This document shows, piece by piece, positions 26,699 through 37,072 of a stretch of DNA of 64,000 nt; positions within the stretch are counted from its first letter, which is position 1, and each line of letters starts with the position of its first letter. Below the pieces are notes generated by a model. It made no database searches, was not told the DNA's origin, and saw nothing but the letters and a program-made list of their open reading frames with translations. Source of the stretch: Ignavibacteria bacterium (lineage in GTDB: Bacteria; Bacteroidota; Ignavibacteria; Kapaibacteriales; Kapaibacteriaceae); the NCBI GenBank assembly GCA_046300675.1, contig JBKCLO010000032.1, positions 26,773 through 90,772 on the forward strand, read 5' to 3'. The position numbers were made by a program, and so were the translations under genes.

Positions 26699-28822
26699 TC
26701 AGAACGCCATCGTGCCGCGGATGGCGGTAACAATGTCGTTTACGTTAAGAAGAATTGCCTGCTCCAGAGACTTCGCAAAGCCCACAGGTGTATCCTTTGA
26801 GCCAACACGAGCAACAGGAGCATCCAGGTATCGGAAGAGCTCTTCGCTGATCGAAGAGGCTATCTCGCCGCCAAACCCGCCTGTTTTCTTGTCCTCATGA
26901 ACCACTACACAGCGTCCTGTACGCTTTACGCTCTCGAATACCATGGTTTTATCCCAAGGGGCTAGCGAACGCAAGTCGATAACTTCAACGTCGATGCCCT
27001 CAGAAGCTACCTGCTCAGCAGCTTGCAAACTCCAGTGCACAGGCGTGCCGTAGGTTACGATTGTTAGGCTGCTTCCAGTTCTGCGGATCTTGCCCTTACC
27101 GAATGGTATGATGTAGTCTTCGGCTGGCATAGGTGCTGATGTTGGACGATAGTTGTAGAGGAACTTCGGCTCGAGATACATGGTCGTACCGCGGGATCGG
27201 ATGGCGTTGCGCATAAGTCCAACGGCATCGTCAGCAAATGCCGGACACACCACACGAAGTCCCGGAAGGGTTGTAAACGTGCCCTCGAGGTTCTGCGAAT
27301 GGTAAAGACCGCCCTGTATGTATCCTCCAGATGCCAAGCGGATCACAACCGCTGGTGAAAACTGGCCCCGTGTTCGCCAATAGTCGTGGGTACATTCAAT
27401 AAGCTGCTCCATGGCAGGCCAGAAATAATCGGCAAACTCAGCCCCCTCCACAACAACACGAATGTCGTCGCGGTAACGCGTCATGCCGTTGGCCGTTCCA
27501 ACGATAAAGTCTTCAGCGATAGGGGCGTTAAAAACGCGGTCATTGCCGAATTCATCAAGCATTCCTTTGCAGACATTGAAGATGCCCTGCTTTTTGTGCG
27601 AAGCAACGTCCTGTCCGAACAAGAATGTACTTGGGTTGCGCCGAAACTCTTCGTGCATGGCATTTACAATACCCTCACGGAAGGTCACCATGGGGGCGTC
27701 CGCAGCAGGCTTGCTGCGTTGTTCTGTGTCGTCGTCATATCCTACCACCGGCTCTGGAAGCAGAAACTGGGTGTATGATGCTGGATCTGGATCTGGAAGG
27801 GGCTCAACAGCATCTGCAGCTGCGAAGATGGCCTGCTTGTTTGCTTCTTCGATGGCTGAGAGCTCGGCATCAGTTGCAATGCCTGCGGCGATCAACGATG
27901 CACGCATCCGCGGGAGCGGGTCGCGCCCCTTCATTGCGTCGATGTCTTCCTTGGTTCGATAGAGCTCGTGGTTGTCGGAATTTGAATGTGATCCGATGCG
28001 GTCGCAGTCTGCATGAACCATTGCCGGACCCTTGCCGCTGAGGGCATAGTCGCGCGCGGCAACCATGGTCTCGAATGAATCAATGGGGTTGCGTCCGTCA
28101 CAATAGAAGATCTTCAGGTTTGTAAAGCCACTGAAGTTCTCTGCTACCACTGGATTTGCTGTCTGCTCATGAAGCGGCACAGAGATGCCGTATTTGTTGT
28201 TCTGGATAACAAACACAACTGGAAGCTTTTCACGGTCGGCACCGTTAACGGCCTCGTAGTAATATCCTTCGGAGGTTGTGCTATCGCCCGTAGAACAGAA
28301 TACTACTTCGTCGCCCTTGAATTTCTTGATCGACCGAGCCGTACCTACTGCCTGCTGAGAGTGATTACCTGTGCACGAGGAACTGTTCTGCAGGTTGATG
28401 GAGATCTTGGCAAAGTGGTTGCTCATGTGGCGTCCACCGCCGGCTACATCGGCATCTTTCGACAGACCGTTGGCGATGATCTCTTCTACCGTTAAACCAG
28501 CAGCCAGGGATGTGAGCATGTCACGGTAATAGGGGAACAAGAAGTCCTTGCCCGGACGGAACACCTTGCCCAATGCCAGTTGGATGCCGTCGTGTCCAGC
28601 AAACGGAGCATGGTACGACCACCCCTTAGCCATCTTGAGGTAGTTGGCGGCCTTTTCATCCAGCCGGCGGCCTAAGTGCTGCGTCTTGTACCACTCGATC
28701 AGCACGTCTGGCTTGATGCCTTTGAGATCAAAGAGCTCGATCTTCGGAGCCTTCGCAGGCGCGGCCGCTGCTGTCTTGGCTGGTGCTGGTGTTGTAGCTG
28801 TTTTTGCCTTGGCCTTGGCCAT
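26699..28822 (-). CDS. Alpha-keto acid dehydrogenase E1 component, fused alpha+beta subunits (branched-chain type likely)
   Basis: The N-terminal half has the TPP-binding E1-alpha pattern: GDSTTSEGYYYEAVNGA...PVVFVIQNNKYGIS. The C-terminal half has the E1-beta / transketolase-pyrimidine pattern: VFNAPIAEDFIVGTANGM...YHSQNLE. AGGAG lies 6 nt upstream of the ATG. Confidence 0.9.
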   Translation of the reverse strand: MAKAKAKTATTPAPAKTAAAAPAKAPKIELFDLKGIKPDVLIEWYKTQHLGRRLDEKAANYLKMAKGWSYHAPFAGHDGIQLALGKVFRPGKDFLFPYYRDMLTSLAAGLTVEEIIANGLSKDADVAGGGRHMSNHFAKISINLQNSSSCTGNHSQQAVGTARSIKKFKGDEVVFCSTGDSTTSEGYYYEAVNGADREKLPVVFVIQNNKYGISVPLHEQTANPVVAENFSGFTNLKIFYCDGRNPIDSFETMVAARDYALSGKGPAMVHADCDRIGSHSNSDNHELYRTKEDIDAMKGRDPLPRMRASLIAAGIATDAELSAIEEANKQAIFAAADAVEPLPDPDPASYTQFLLPEPVVGYDDDTEQRSKPAADAPMVTFREGIVNAMHEEFRRNPSTFLFGQDVASHKKQGIFNVCKGMLDEFGNDRVFNAPIAEDFIVGTANGMTRYRDDIRVVVEGAEFADYFWPAMEQLIECTHDYWRTRGQFSPAVVIRLASGGYIQGGLYHSQNLEGTFTTLPGLRVVCPAFADDAVGLMRNAIRSRGTTMYLEPKFLYNYRPTSAPMPAEDYIIPFGKGKIRRTGSSLTIVTYGTPVHWSLQAAEQVASEGIDVEVIDLRSLAPWDKTMVFESVKRTGRCVVVHEDKKTGGFGGEIASSISEELFRYLDAPVARVGSKDTPVGFAKSLEQAILLNVNDIVTAIRGTMAF

Positions 28823-28858
28823 GGTGTTCTCCTGATTTCGTCGTTGAGTATTTCGTTG

Positions 28859-29788
28859 TTATCGGCTCTTCTTGATAAAGGTAAGCCAGCCGTACGGGTC
28901 TTCCCCTGCCACGGTAATATTATGAAACGCCTGTTGTAAAGCACGCGTCATCGGACCCACCTTGCCTCTGCCTACCGCAATGCGGTCCACAGATGTTACT
29001 GGCGCTATCTCACTGGCTGTTCCGGTAAGGAACATTTCGTCGGCCAGATACAACATTGCACGGGGTATGTTTTGTTCGCGAACCGTTACTCCAAGCTCTT
29101 GAGCCAGTGTGATGATGGTATCTCGTGTGATCCCCGGCAATAGCGATGAGGCCGAAGGGGGCGTGATAAGTTCGTTATCAACCACCACAAATACGTTCTC
29201 TCCCGATCCCTCTGTCACGTTGCCATACGAGTCCAGGCAAATGCCCTCTGCATAGCCGTTCTCGACGGCCTCCATCTTTACAAGCTGTGAGTTCATGTAA
29301 TTGCCGCCAGCCTTGGCCATCGACGGCATCGAATTGGGCGTGATACGGTCCCACGAAGAGATGCAAACATCAACACCATTGGATGCAGCATCATCACCAA
29401 GGTAGGCGCCCCATTCCCAGGCGGCGATATATACATCAAGCGGACACCGCAAGCCGTAGACACCCATGTCGCCGAAGCCACGTAGGGCGAACGGACGTAT
29501 ATAGCAGCGCCCAAGCTTGTTGCGTTTGACAAGATCTACGGCTGCTTCCGATAACTCGTCAACAGAGAAGGGTAACTGCGAACGATACACTTTAAGCGAA
29601 TGATGCAGTCTGCGCATGTGTTCCGGCAGTCGAAAAATAGCAGCGCCCTTTTCCGTGTCATAGCAGCGAATACCCTCGAACCACGAAGAACCATAATGCA
29701 CCACGTGGGAGAGCACATGGATGGTCGCCTTTTCAAATGGAACGAATGTTCCATTCTTCCAGATCGTCTTTGTAGGTGTAATTGGCAT
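28859..29788 (-). CDS. ilvE: Branched-chain amino acid aminotransferase
   Basis: IWKNGTFVPFEKATIHVLSHVVHYGSSWFEGIRCY and the later GGNYMNSQL and LPGITRDTII are classic class IV aminotransferase (IlvE) blocks. GAGGT SD lies 5 nt upstream. Confidence 0.93.
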   Translation of the reverse strand: MPITPTKTIWKNGTFVPFEKATIHVLSHVVHYGSSWFEGIRCYDTEKGAAIFRLPEHMRRLHHSLKVYRSQLPFSVDELSEAAVDLVKRNKLGRCYIRPFALRGFGDMGVYGLRCPLDVYIAAWEWGAYLGDDAASNGVDVCISSWDRITPNSMPSMAKAGGNYMNSQLVKMEAVENGYAEGICLDSYGNVTEGSGENVFVVVDNELITPPSASSLLPGITRDTIITLAQELGVTVREQNIPRAMLYLADEMFLTGTASEIAPVTSVDRIAVGRGKVGPMTRALQQAFHNITVAGEDPYGWLTFIKKSR

Positions 29789-29815
29789 TACGCACCTCGC
29801 CTATATCGTTGACAC

Positions 29816-31270
29816 TTACTCGGCCGCATCCAAAGCCCCCTTCATCAGTTCGGTAACGATGGATGGATTTGCCGAACCACCCGATGCCTTAAGTACTTGT
29901 CCGACAAAGAACCCCAACAGGTTCGTCTTGCCGTCCTTATACTTCGTAAGGTTATCAGGATTGGCCCGAATAACATCGTCCACCATCGCCTGCAGAACCG
30001 ACACATCAGAAACCTGTCGCAGGCCCCGTTCCTCGATGAACTCCGCAGCAAGCTTATTGCTGCCGAGCATATCTGGGAAGAGTTCTTTTGCTGTCTTACT
30101 GCTGATGGTTCCGTCTGCGATCACATCAACAAGTGATGCCAGCTGATCGGAGGTTATACCAACCTCGCCAATCTCACACTTCTTTTCGCCTCGTATTCGC
30201 AGAAGCTCTGTCATGATCCAGTTGCTGACAAGTTTCCAGGTCTCCGCAGAAGGGGCTTTAAGTGCCCCGCAGGCCTGTTCGTAGTATGTGGCAACCGATG
30301 CTTCGTCAACAAGTATGGCTGCGTCGTAGACAGGTAGACCATAATCAGCTACAAAACGGCGCTTCTTCTGCAGAGCAAGCTCTGGCAACGTTGTGCGCAG
30401 CGAGGCCAGCCACTCATCGGAGACGACCACCGTGCCAAGATCTGGCTCGGGAAAATAGCGGTAGTCGTGAGCCTGCTCTTTCGAGCGCATCACCTTGGTC
30501 TGACCGCTTCCGGCATCCCACATGAGCGTCTGCTGAGTGATGGTTCCGCCAGTCTCTATCGCCGCTATCTGGGCATCAATCTCGTATTCGATGGCCTTCT
30601 CTACGTTGCGGAATGAGTTCAGGTTCTTGACCTCGCGCTTGGTACCGAACGCTTGCTGTCCTATCGGACGAACCGAAACATTGGCATCGCAACGCATGCT
30701 GCCTTCTTCAAGGTTGCCATCACAGATTCCCAGATACACCAGTATCTGGCGCATCTGCTGAAGGTATAGGTACGCCTCCTGTGGCGTCCGGATATCTGGC
30801 TCGCTTACAATCTCGATCAACGGTACGCCGGCCCGGTTAAGGTCTACCAGGGTATCGATATCCAGATCGTGTATGCTTTTGCCCGAATCTTCTTCCATAT
30901 GTATACGAGTAATACCGATCTGCTTAACGCCCTGCTCGGTCTCGATTTCTACATGCCCCTTGTAGCAGATGGGGTCTGCATACTGCGTGATCTGGTATCC
31001 TTTCGGCAGATCGGGGTAATAGTAGTTCTTGCGTGAAAACGTTGAGCGCTCGCGTATGCTGCAGTTGGTTGCCAGACCCATCTTTATGGCATAGGCAACA
31101 AGATTCTCGTTGAGCACTGGAAGCGTTCCTGGGTGCCCAAGACATATTGGGCAGACGTTCACGTTTGGTTGGGCGCCGTACTCTGTAGGACAGGAACAAA
31201 ATGCCTTAGACGCAGTGGTTAACTGCGCGTGCACTTCCAACCCGATTATGGCTTCGTAACCCGAATGCAT
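29816..31270 (-). CDS. gatB: Asp-tRNA(Asn)/Glu-tRNA(Gln) amidotransferase subunit B
   Basis: YEAIIGLEVHAQL...CSCPTEYGAQPNVNVCPICLGHPGTLPVLN is the canonical GatB N-terminus. A GatB/YqeY-type tail is present. I chose the ATG at 31270; the track start at 31291 is a TTG. Confidence 0.95.
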   Translation of the reverse strand: MHSGYEAIIGLEVHAQLTTASKAFCSCPTEYGAQPNVNVCPICLGHPGTLPVLNENLVAYAIKMGLATNCSIRERSTFSRKNYYYPDLPKGYQITQYADPICYKGHVEIETEQGVKQIGITRIHMEEDSGKSIHDLDIDTLVDLNRAGVPLIEIVSEPDIRTPQEAYLYLQQMRQILVYLGICDGNLEEGSMRCDANVSVRPIGQQAFGTKREVKNLNSFRNVEKAIEYEIDAQIAAIETGGTITQQTLMWDAGSGQTKVMRSKEQAHDYRYFPEPDLGTVVVSDEWLASLRTTLPELALQKKRRFVADYGLPVYDAAILVDEASVATYYEQACGALKAPSAETWKLVSNWIMTELLRIRGEKKCEIGEVGITSDQLASLVDVIADGTISSKTAKELFPDMLGSNKLAAEFIEERGLRQVSDVSVLQAMVDDVIRANPDNLTKYKDGKTNLLGFFVGQVLKASGGSANPSIVTELMKGALDAAE

Positions 31271-31333
31271 GAACTGTCCGTACGTGTCCAAAGGACGACA
31301 AAACTACGGAAAATCGGCCTGTTCGCGGGTGTT

Positions 31334-32272
31334 TTAGATAGGTAATCGACGGATATCGATGTTTCCACCACAGAGCACAATTCCTACGTGCAGTCCATGC
31401 CAGCGACCTGGGTTTTCGAGCATCACAGCCAGTGTTACCCCTGCGCTGGGTTCGATCACTACCTTCAGCCGCTCCATGATCCGGTACGTTGCCTCGCGAA
31501 TGCCATCCTCCGAGGCGGTCAGGATACGTACTTCCGCTTGTTGCAGGTGCGCGAGAGTTACATCGCCCAACCCGGTTCGAAGTCCATCGGCAATCGTCAT
31601 AGCATCGGCAGGGGGCTGCAGCACGCCGGTTTGCAGCGAGAGCTGGGCGTCTGCGGCAATCTCTGGCTCTGCGCCCACGATGTCGATGCGGCTATCAAGG
31701 GCGTGCACAGCCGTTGCAACACCGCCAAGTAGTCCGCCACCTCCTACAGGTGCCATGATTACATCGAGGTTGTCGACCTGATCTACAAACTCCAGAGCCA
31801 GTGTGCCTTGTCCGGCAATAACACGCTCGTCGTTGTATGGGGGCACAGGGTGTGCGCCCGTTGACGCAACAATGGCTTCCATCGTATCTAATCGAGAGCG
31901 CAGCGTGGGCTCGCACAGTACGATTGAAGCGCCATAGTCGCGCACTGCGTCCTGCTTTACCGAGGGGGCGTTGCTGGGCATGACAATGGTGCACGGAATC
32001 CCACGAAGTTTGGCTGCATAGGCCAGCGCCTGCGCATGATTACCACTTGAGTGAGTAACAACACCGCGCGCAGCGGTTGCCGAATCCAGCTGCAGCACCG
32101 CGTTGACTGCGCCGCGGGCTTTAAAGGCGCCAACCTTCTGAAGGTTCTCGCATTTGAAATACACGTTTGCATCGACCATCTGGTTGATGGCTTGAGATGT
32201 AAGTACGGGGGTGTTGTGTACAAAGGGGCGTATGCGCTCGTGCGCAAGGCGTATATCTTCAAGCGTTACCAC
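31334..32272 (-). CDS. PLP-dependent threonine/serine dehydratase family enzyme (serine racemase / TdcB-like)
   Basis: FKCENLQKVGAFKARGA contains the PLP lysine motif. HSSGNHAQALAYAA and GGGGL glycine loop. 312 aa with no ACT regulatory domain. GTG start. Confidence 0.85.
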   Translation of the reverse strand: MVTLEDIRLAHERIRPFVHNTPVLTSQAINQMVDANVYFKCENLQKVGAFKARGAVNAVLQLDSATAARGVVTHSSGNHAQALAYAAKLRGIPCTIVMPSNAPSVKQDAVRDYGASIVLCEPTLRSRLDTMEAIVASTGAHPVPPYNDERVIAGQGTLALEFVDQVDNLDVIMAPVGGGGLLGGVATAVHALDSRIDIVGAEPEIAADAQLSLQTGVLQPPADAMTIADGLRTGLGDVTLAHLQQAEVRILTASEDGIREATYRIMERLKVVIEPSAGVTLAVMLENPGRWHGLHVGIVLCGGNIDIRRLPI

Positions 32273-32284
32273 AAGCCCCTTGCC

Positions 32285-34276
32285 TTACATGTTGCGGCGG
32301 TACTGTCCGCCAACTTCGTACAATGCGTTAGTCATTTGACCCAGTGAGCACACCTTCGCAGCTTCCATAAGGGCCTCAAAAATGTTTCCGTTTTGCACGG
32401 CCGTCTGACGCAGCATGTCAAGCGCTGCTGCTGTGGCTTGTCCGCTGCGCTGCTGCACCTGGCGTACATTCGTAATCTGCTGTTCCTTTTCCTCCGATGT
32501 AGAGCGTATGACCTCTGCTGGGATCACCGTTGGACTGCCCTTTGAGCTTAGGAACGTATTGACACCTACGATCGGATACTCACCAGTGTGCTTGAGGGTC
32601 TCATAGTACAGTGATTCTTCCTGGATCTTGTTGCGCTGATACATGTTCTCCATCGCACCAAGCACACCGCCACGATCGGCGATGCGGCGAAACTCTGCAT
32701 ACACGGCTTCTTCTACCAGGTCGGTGAGTTCTTCGATGATGAATGATCCCTGGATAGGGTTTTCGTTCTTGGCAAGCCCAAGCTCTCGGTTAATGATAAG
32801 CTGAATGGCAACCGCCCGGCGTACGCTTTCCTCGGTAGGTGTTGTGATTGCCTCGTCATAGGCATTTGTATGCAGCGAATTGCAGTTGTCATAGATCGCA
32901 TAGAGCGCCTGCAGCGACGTGCGAATGTCGTTAAAGTCAATCTCTTGCGCATGCAGGGAGCGACCAGATGTTTGAATGTGGTACTTCAACATCTGTGACC
33001 GTTCATTACCTCCATACTTATGCTTCATGGCTTTGGCCCAGATCTTTCGGGCAACACGGCCGATAACACTATACTCGGGATCTACACCGTTGGAGAAGAA
33101 GAACGAAAGGTTTGGAGCAAAGTCATCGATGTGCATGCCGCGAGAGAGGTAATACTCAACGAAGGTAAAACCGTTGGCAAGCGTAAAGGCAAGTTGCGTG
33201 ATCGGATTTGCACCAGCCTCTGCGATGTGATAACCAGAGATTGATACCGAATAAAAGTTGCGGACCTTTTCATCGATGAAATACTTCTGTACGTCGCCCA
33301 TCATACGAAGTGCAAACTCGGTTGAGAAGATGCAGGTGTTCTGTGCCTGATCTTCTTTCAAGATGTCGGCTTGTACGGTACCACGCACATTCTGCAACGC
33401 GCGTTGTTTGCATGCGTCATATGTCTGCTGATCAAGAACTTGTTCGCCTGTAACTCCAAGCAGCATCAACCCCAGGCCGGTGTTGCCTTCAGGAAGATTA
33501 GCTGATCCATCACCATGACGGTACATGGGGCGCGCAAGCCCCCTTTCAGCATAGATAGCATCGATCTTTGCGGATACGTCTGCTTCCAATCCACGCTCTT
33601 TGATCACCTTTTCACATTCCTGATCTATGGCGGCATTCATAAAGAATGCTAGCAACATTGGTGCTGGTCCGTTGATGGTCATCGACACAGATGTTGTTGG
33701 AGCGCAGAGATCAAAACCAGAATACAGCTTCTTTGCATCGTCGAGCGAGGCAATGCTTACACCAGAGTTGCCAATCTTGCCGTAAATGTCTGGACGGTGA
33801 TCCGGGTCCTCTCCATAGAGTGTAACACTATCGAAAGCTGTCGACAAGCGGGCCGCAGGCATCCCCAGAGACAGATAGTGAAAGCGTCTGTTCGTGCGCT
33901 CGGGTCCGCCCTCTCCGGCAAACATCCGCGTTGGATCTTCATTGGTGCGCTTAAACGGATACACGCCGGCTGTGTAGGGAAATTCACCCGGTACGTTTTC
34001 TTGCATGCACCAGCGGACGATCTCTCCCCAGTCTTTGAATTTCGGGAGTGAGATCTTCGGCACGCGTGTGTGTGCAAGAGACTCTGTGTGGTTCTTAACC
34101 TTGATTTCTTTTCCACGCACCACATATGTGTAGTGTTCACCTTCGTACGAGGCTTTCTTTGCTTCCCATGAAGACAACATTGCACGCACTTCATGATGAA
34201 GTTGAACCTCCAGCTCAGAGGCTTTTTGTTCAAGTGCCGCTATTGCCACGTCTGTCTGTGTTTGCTCTGTTGTCAT
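32285..34276 (-). CDS. IcmF-type acyl-CoA mutase, substrate-binding (TIM-barrel) half
   Basis: [37 protein letters not shown] and [17 protein letters not shown] are hallmark blocks of B12-dependent acyl-CoA mutase large subunits. The 663-aa size and N-terminal linker resemble the C-terminal half of fused IcmF. Confidence 0.9.
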   Translation of the reverse strand: MTTEQTQTDVAIAALEQKASELEVQLHHEVRAMLSSWEAKKASYEGEHYTYVVRGKEIKVKNHTESLAHTRVPKISLPKFKDWGEIVRWCMQENVPGEFPYTAGVYPFKRTNEDPTRMFAGEGGPERTNRRFHYLSLGMPAARLSTAFDSVTLYGEDPDHRPDIYGKIGNSGVSIASLDDAKKLYSGFDLCAPTTSVSMTINGPAPMLLAFFMNAAIDQECEKVIKERGLEADVSAKIDAIYAERGLARPMYRHGDGSANLPEGNTGLGLMLLGVTGEQVLDQQTYDACKQRALQNVRGTVQADILKEDQAQNTCIFSTEFALRMMGDVQKYFIDEKVRNFYSVSISGYHIAEAGANPITQLAFTLANGFTFVEYYLSRGMHIDDFAPNLSFFFSNGVDPEYSVIGRVARKIWAKAMKHKYGGNERSQMLKYHIQTSGRSLHAQEIDFNDIRTSLQALYAIYDNCNSLHTNAYDEAITTPTEESVRRAVAIQLIINRELGLAKNENPIQGSFIIEELTDLVEEAVYAEFRRIADRGGVLGAMENMYQRNKIQEESLYYETLKHTGEYPIVGVNTFLSSKGSPTVIPAEVIRSTSEEKEQQITNVRQVQQRSGQATAAALDMLRQTAVQNGNIFEALMEAAKVCSLGQMTNALYEVGGQYRRNM

Positions 34277-34283
34277 ACTACTA

Positions 34284-35627
34284 TCAGTTGTGTTTCACAT
34301 GGTAAAGCTTTGGAGCTGCACTTAGTCCGCCCAGCCATAGGGTGGATACTTCCCCAGGAACGAGTGTGATCTGTGTTGGAGCCAGCACAACCGTCTGAGT
34401 GTTTGCCTTCTTTGCCAGGATCGTGATGCGTCCAGCCGGCAGCTCTGTGAACTGCAGGTTGCCGTTTGCAGCGCTGGTCATCTGACGAAACGCCAGCATA
34501 GCGCTTCCATCTATGATTGCTTCAACACCGTTAACCACGCAGTAGAAATCCAATGCCGGTGCATCTGGAGACAGGTTGATGAGGCGCACAGAAGCCGATG
34601 ATTGGGAAAGGGGCGTCACAATGTCTACCACTTCGAGTCCAGCAATGTTTGGCGGAACCATAGATCCGGTCACGAAGAGTGTTTTGCGCGAACGCAACGT
34701 AGCATTCGTACGCGTTTCTTGAATCAGTGGCGTCCCATTTGCAAAGACACCGGTTGTATGTGTTCCAATCTCGAGATCAACATATCCCGATGTTGACGCA
34801 AAGGGTATGTTGGTTGTCTCGGGCCTTGAGGCACCATCGATTTTGACCTCGAATGCCTTCAAACCCGCTACAGCGTTTACCACCTGATACTTTCCTACGT
34901 CTGGCGGGATGTAGAGGTCTATTGGTGCCGTTGTGTTGTCTTCGGCAAACAGTGCAGCTCGAAAAGGATACTTATCCTCGAACGACATTGTTCCTGTGAG
35001 AAACAGCGTGTATGTTGTTCCGGCCTGAAGTGTAACTGCTCGGTATGCGGCGCTGTATGCTTCGTTGGTTGTTCGAATCAGCGTTATGTCGTGTTCACCG
35101 GCTTCTATGTCTACAGTGTTGGATATGCTGCGAACAAGCAGTTTGTCGTTACCCAAGAGCTGCATACCGTCGATGTTCAGCGAGAACTCTGTTCCATCTG
35201 TTGTTGCGTTAATCACGCGTATGCGCGCGCGACCTGATGTTGGTGGGGCAGCATCTTCGTGAACGACACACATTTCCGGCATTCGTACACAGTTAAAGAC
35301 ACTGGTAGCGGGAAACAACACAAAGCTGTAGGGCCTCGGTTTGACGATGGCTTTGCGTCTTGCCAGTATGGCGTTTGTTGCACCGTCCACTGCGCGAAAC
35401 TCTATACTGTCGGTCGCAGCAGCGATGTCGACGCGCGAGCTAACGTTTGCAGCCGCCATGGCATCAAAGATCTTTGTGTCACCAATGCGCATTGCGGCTG
35501 CCGTCAGGTTTCCGTTGTAGAACCTAACAGATGCTGTCTGTGTGTCGGGCGACACCGGGTCCGACCCGCTGCAGGCAACAAGCACGGCGGCCACCAGCAC
35601 CGAGAGTGTGGTTATGATAGTTTTCAT
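34284..35627 (-). CDS. Lipoprotein with repeated DUF4397-like beta-sandwich modules
   Basis: Lipobox LVAC at residues 16-19. There are four repeats of the pattern (V/I)R(F/V/L)(Y/I)N...(D/A)...(D/I)G...(A/P)G, for example [38 protein letters not shown] and [22 protein letters not shown]. The ATG overlaps the upstream stop (ATGA at 35624-35627). Confidence 0.78.
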   Translation of the reverse strand: MKTIITTLSVLVAAVLVACSGSDPVSPDTQTASVRFYNGNLTAAAMRIGDTKIFDAMAAANVSSRVDIAAATDSIEFRAVDGATNAILARRKAIVKPRPYSFVLFPATSVFNCVRMPEMCVVHEDAAPPTSGRARIRVINATTDGTEFSLNIDGMQLLGNDKLLVRSISNTVDIEAGEHDITLIRTTNEAYSAAYRAVTLQAGTTYTLFLTGTMSFEDKYPFRAALFAEDNTTAPIDLYIPPDVGKYQVVNAVAGLKAFEVKIDGASRPETTNIPFASTSGYVDLEIGTHTTGVFANGTPLIQETRTNATLRSRKTLFVTGSMVPPNIAGLEVVDIVTPLSQSSASVRLINLSPDAPALDFYCVVNGVEAIIDGSAMLAFRQMTSAANGNLQFTELPAGRITILAKKANTQTVVLAPTQITLVPGEVSTLWLGGLSAAPKLYHVKHN

Positions 35628-37021
35628 TGTTGGAGCTGCTCAATCGTTCCGCGTATCTGCCACAGCGACCTTGCGATTGTTGATTGTTCGTCTACGAACG
35701 CATCATAGCGCCGGTTACTCTCAACAATCTCTGCCAGGTAGCGCGTTCTATCGGGTGGGATAATGTAGATCTTTTCACTCATCTCGTCTGTTACGACGTA
35801 TGACGATGTCCACGCCAGATTGCACTTCTTAACCAAGAGATCATTGATGGCTCGGTAGAGAGTGTTCGTGCCTGGGTCATTGAATTGTGATGCAATGGTA
35901 CCGTAAACCGGCATCTCGTCAATTGGGTGTGAGAACAGCTGACGGCTGCGCTGATATTGCTTCCGAACATCACGCAGCGCATCGAGCGCACCGCGCTTAT
36001 CGAACTTGTTCAATGCAATGATGTCGGCGTAATCAATCATGTCGATCTTCTCAAGCTGTGTGGCGGCGCCAAATTCAGGCGTCATCACATACATGGCAAC
36101 GTCTGCAAGCTCTGTGATCTGCGAGTCACTTTGACCAATTCCAGCTGTCTCAACGATGATCAGGTCATACTGTGCATACGACAATATCTTGATGGCGTCT
36201 CTCACGTGTGGGTTAAGCGCCACATTGGCCTCGCGTGTGGCGAACGAGCGCATGTACACGCGTGAGTCACTAACGGCATTCATGCGAATGCGGTCTCCCA
36301 GCAGGGCGCCACCTGTCTTGCGTTTTGATGGATCAACGCTTACTACAGCAATAGTCTTGTCTGGGTGATCAAGTAGGAATCTTCGGACAAGTTCATCTGT
36401 GAGAGAAGACTTGCCCGCCCCACCTGTACCGGTGATGCCAAGAACAGGGGAGCGCTGAGTATCGTTAACAAATGAAATCCTACTGTGCTCGCCCCGTTCA
36501 GCACATGATATTGCCTGCGCAATGGCCATGGGGTCTTTGGCGAGAACTTTTTGGCTAAGTGATTCTGTCTCAGCTACTGGAGTAACAACGTCGCTCTTTT
36601 GAACAAGATCATTGATCATGCCCTGCAGACCCATTGCCCGTCCGTCGTCCGGCGAATACACCTTGGTGATGCCATTAGCATGCAACACCTCTATCTCAGA
36701 GGGAAGAATTGTTCCACCACCACCAGCAAAGACCTTGATATGCTGCGCGCCGCGTTCGTCGAGCAGCCGGCGCATATACGTCAGGTATTCCACATGTCCA
36801 CCCTGGTAGGACGTCATGGCAATTGCCTGCGCATCCTCCTGAATTGCACACTCTACCACCTCGAGTACCGATCTGTTATGGCCGAGGTGAATGACCTCGC
36901 ATCCAGTGGCTTGGATGATACGCCTCATGACGTTTATCGCTGCGTCGTGTCCGTCGAACAACGAGGCTGCAGTCACTATGCGAACCTTTGTCGAGGGTGA
37001 GTATGGGGCTTGTGTTTGCAT
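35624..37021 (-). CDS. IcmF-type mutase N-terminal half: B12-binding domain fused to a MeaB-like G-protein chaperone domain
   Basis: B12-binding block [25 protein letters not shown]-loop [17 protein letters not shown], then [28 protein letters not shown] and NKFDK (G1-G4). I chose the ATG at 37021; the track start at 37045 is a TTG. Confidence 0.9.
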   Translation of the reverse strand: MQTQAPYSPSTKVRIVTAASLFDGHDAAINVMRRIIQATGCEVIHLGHNRSVLEVVECAIQEDAQAIAMTSYQGGHVEYLTYMRRLLDERGAQHIKVFAGGGGTILPSEIEVLHANGITKVYSPDDGRAMGLQGMINDLVQKSDVVTPVAETESLSQKVLAKDPMAIAQAISCAERGEHSRISFVNDTQRSPVLGITGTGGAGKSSLTDELVRRFLLDHPDKTIAVVSVDPSKRKTGGALLGDRIRMNAVSDSRVYMRSFATREANVALNPHVRDAIKILSYAQYDLIIVETAGIGQSDSQITELADVAMYVMTPEFGAATQLEKIDMIDYADIIALNKFDKRGALDALRDVRKQYQRSRQLFSHPIDEMPVYGTIASQFNDPGTNTLYRAINDLLVKKCNLAWTSSYVVTDEMSEKIYIIPPDRTRYLAEIVESNRRYDAFVDEQSTIARSLWQIRGTIEQLQQ

Positions 37022-37072
37022 GGATGATGCCTGTGGTGTGGACAACCGGGCAAAACTACGGAGGTTCGGCGC

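Noticed and set aside
32285-37021. Explaining the split IcmF as a frameshift or pseudogene.
   Set aside because: The two halves are separated by a complete 1.3-kb ORF with its own lipoprotein signal and repeat structure, not by a frameshift or premature stop. Both halves are intact to their domain boundaries and are tightly coupled to the inserted gene.
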